DNA of 64,000 bases, taken from positions 18,324-82,323 of the IMG/VR virus record IMGVR_UViG_3300020042_007950; one strand, written 5' to 3'. A program made the translations under genes and the position numbers. Of this stretch, positions 63,661 through 64,000 are shown piece by piece. How positions within the stretch are numbered: the first letter of the stretch is position 1; every line of letters starts with the position of its first letter. The DNA is from a virus. Its lineage: Duplodnaviria; Caudoviricetes. Under the pieces are notes generated by a model. The model was not told the origin of the DNA. It saw only the letters and a list, made by a program, of their open reading frames with translations, and did no database searches.

Positions 63661-64000
63661 AGTAGTTTCTTGGCAAGGAGTGGTATTTGTAGCATCTGCA
63701 ATGTTACTTGCAATTGCAATAGGCCTATTCTCACAGTTACAAGCTAGTAGAGAGGCCAAAGCTAAGGCAGATGCTAGACTGAAAGTAATATCAGATTTGT
63801 ATGAGCTCAAGATTGACTCAATACAAACAATGCACATTGTAGATAGTCTAGCTTATCACGATAGTATCAACAAATACAAGATACTTGCAAATGCACACCT
63901 AATCATTAACATAAAAAAAGACAGAGATGAAGTCATTGGTCGTATTTCTAGTGCTGATAACAATGAACGTGATCAGCTATGGGCAACTTACTCCCCAAAG
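63644..64000 (+). CDS. Inner-membrane spanin-like protein, 3'-truncated (not in the ORF track)
   Basis: MNQKDKVVSWQGVVFVASAMLLAIAIGLFSQ followed by a coiled coil; open to the window end. Confidence 0.55.
   Translation, partial: MNQKDKVVSWQGVVFVASAMLLAIAIGLFSQLQASREAKAKADARLKVISDLYELKIDSIQTMHIVDSLAYHDSINKYKILANAHLIINIKKDRDEVIGRISSADNNERDQLWATYSPK

Noticed and set aside
1-64000. TAG or TGA stop-codon reassignment, known in some crAss-like phages
   Set aside because: Genes of up to 7.5 kb are intact in the standard code, polA ends on TAG next to the following gene, and no suppressor tRNA is seen.
1-64000. tRNA genes, CRISPR array, diversity-generating retroelement, integrase
   Set aside because: I saw no cloverleaf with T/D arms, no regular repeat-spacer array, no reverse transcriptase motifs and no recombinase, by eye; short elements could have been missed.

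Overview
A 64-kb piece of a lytic, crAss-like (Crassvirales-related) Bacteroidota phage genome, read in the standard genetic code. The + strand from 1 to 36.2 kb holds a tail fibre, ring proteins, an IHF-like protein, the muzzle, and five large virion cargo proteins. These include a 2501-aa virion RNA polymerase with a DHDVD catalytic motif. A bidirectional terminator near 36.2 kb separates this from a - strand block (36.2-57.2 kb). That block carries Nmad1/DUF1599, UNG, a 5'-3' exonuclease, rIIA/rIIB, primase, a probable SSB, an AAA ATPase, DnaB-like and SF2 helicases, a DnaA-domain-IV protein, family A DNA polymerase and many small early genes. After a divergent non-coding switch (57.2-57.6 kb), a second + block has microproteins, a candidate ncRNA, tail/baseplate proteins and the start of a lysis cassette. 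The main unannotated signal is in the early region: two mutually covarying twister self-cleaving ribozymes (54239-54362 and 56442-56544, - strand) and a third, permuted twister-like RNA (about 56830-57050). Each lies just downstream of a stable hairpin after a stop codon, which suggests ribozyme-based cutting of the early transcript. Also notable: an AAA ATPase with Walker B before Walker A, a DnaA box with a phage DnaA-domain-IV protein, and shared [Y/F/M]xxGG motifs in virion cargo proteins. All calls come from motif recognition by eye; no searches were run. No tRNA, CRISPR array, intein or stop-codon recoding was seen.
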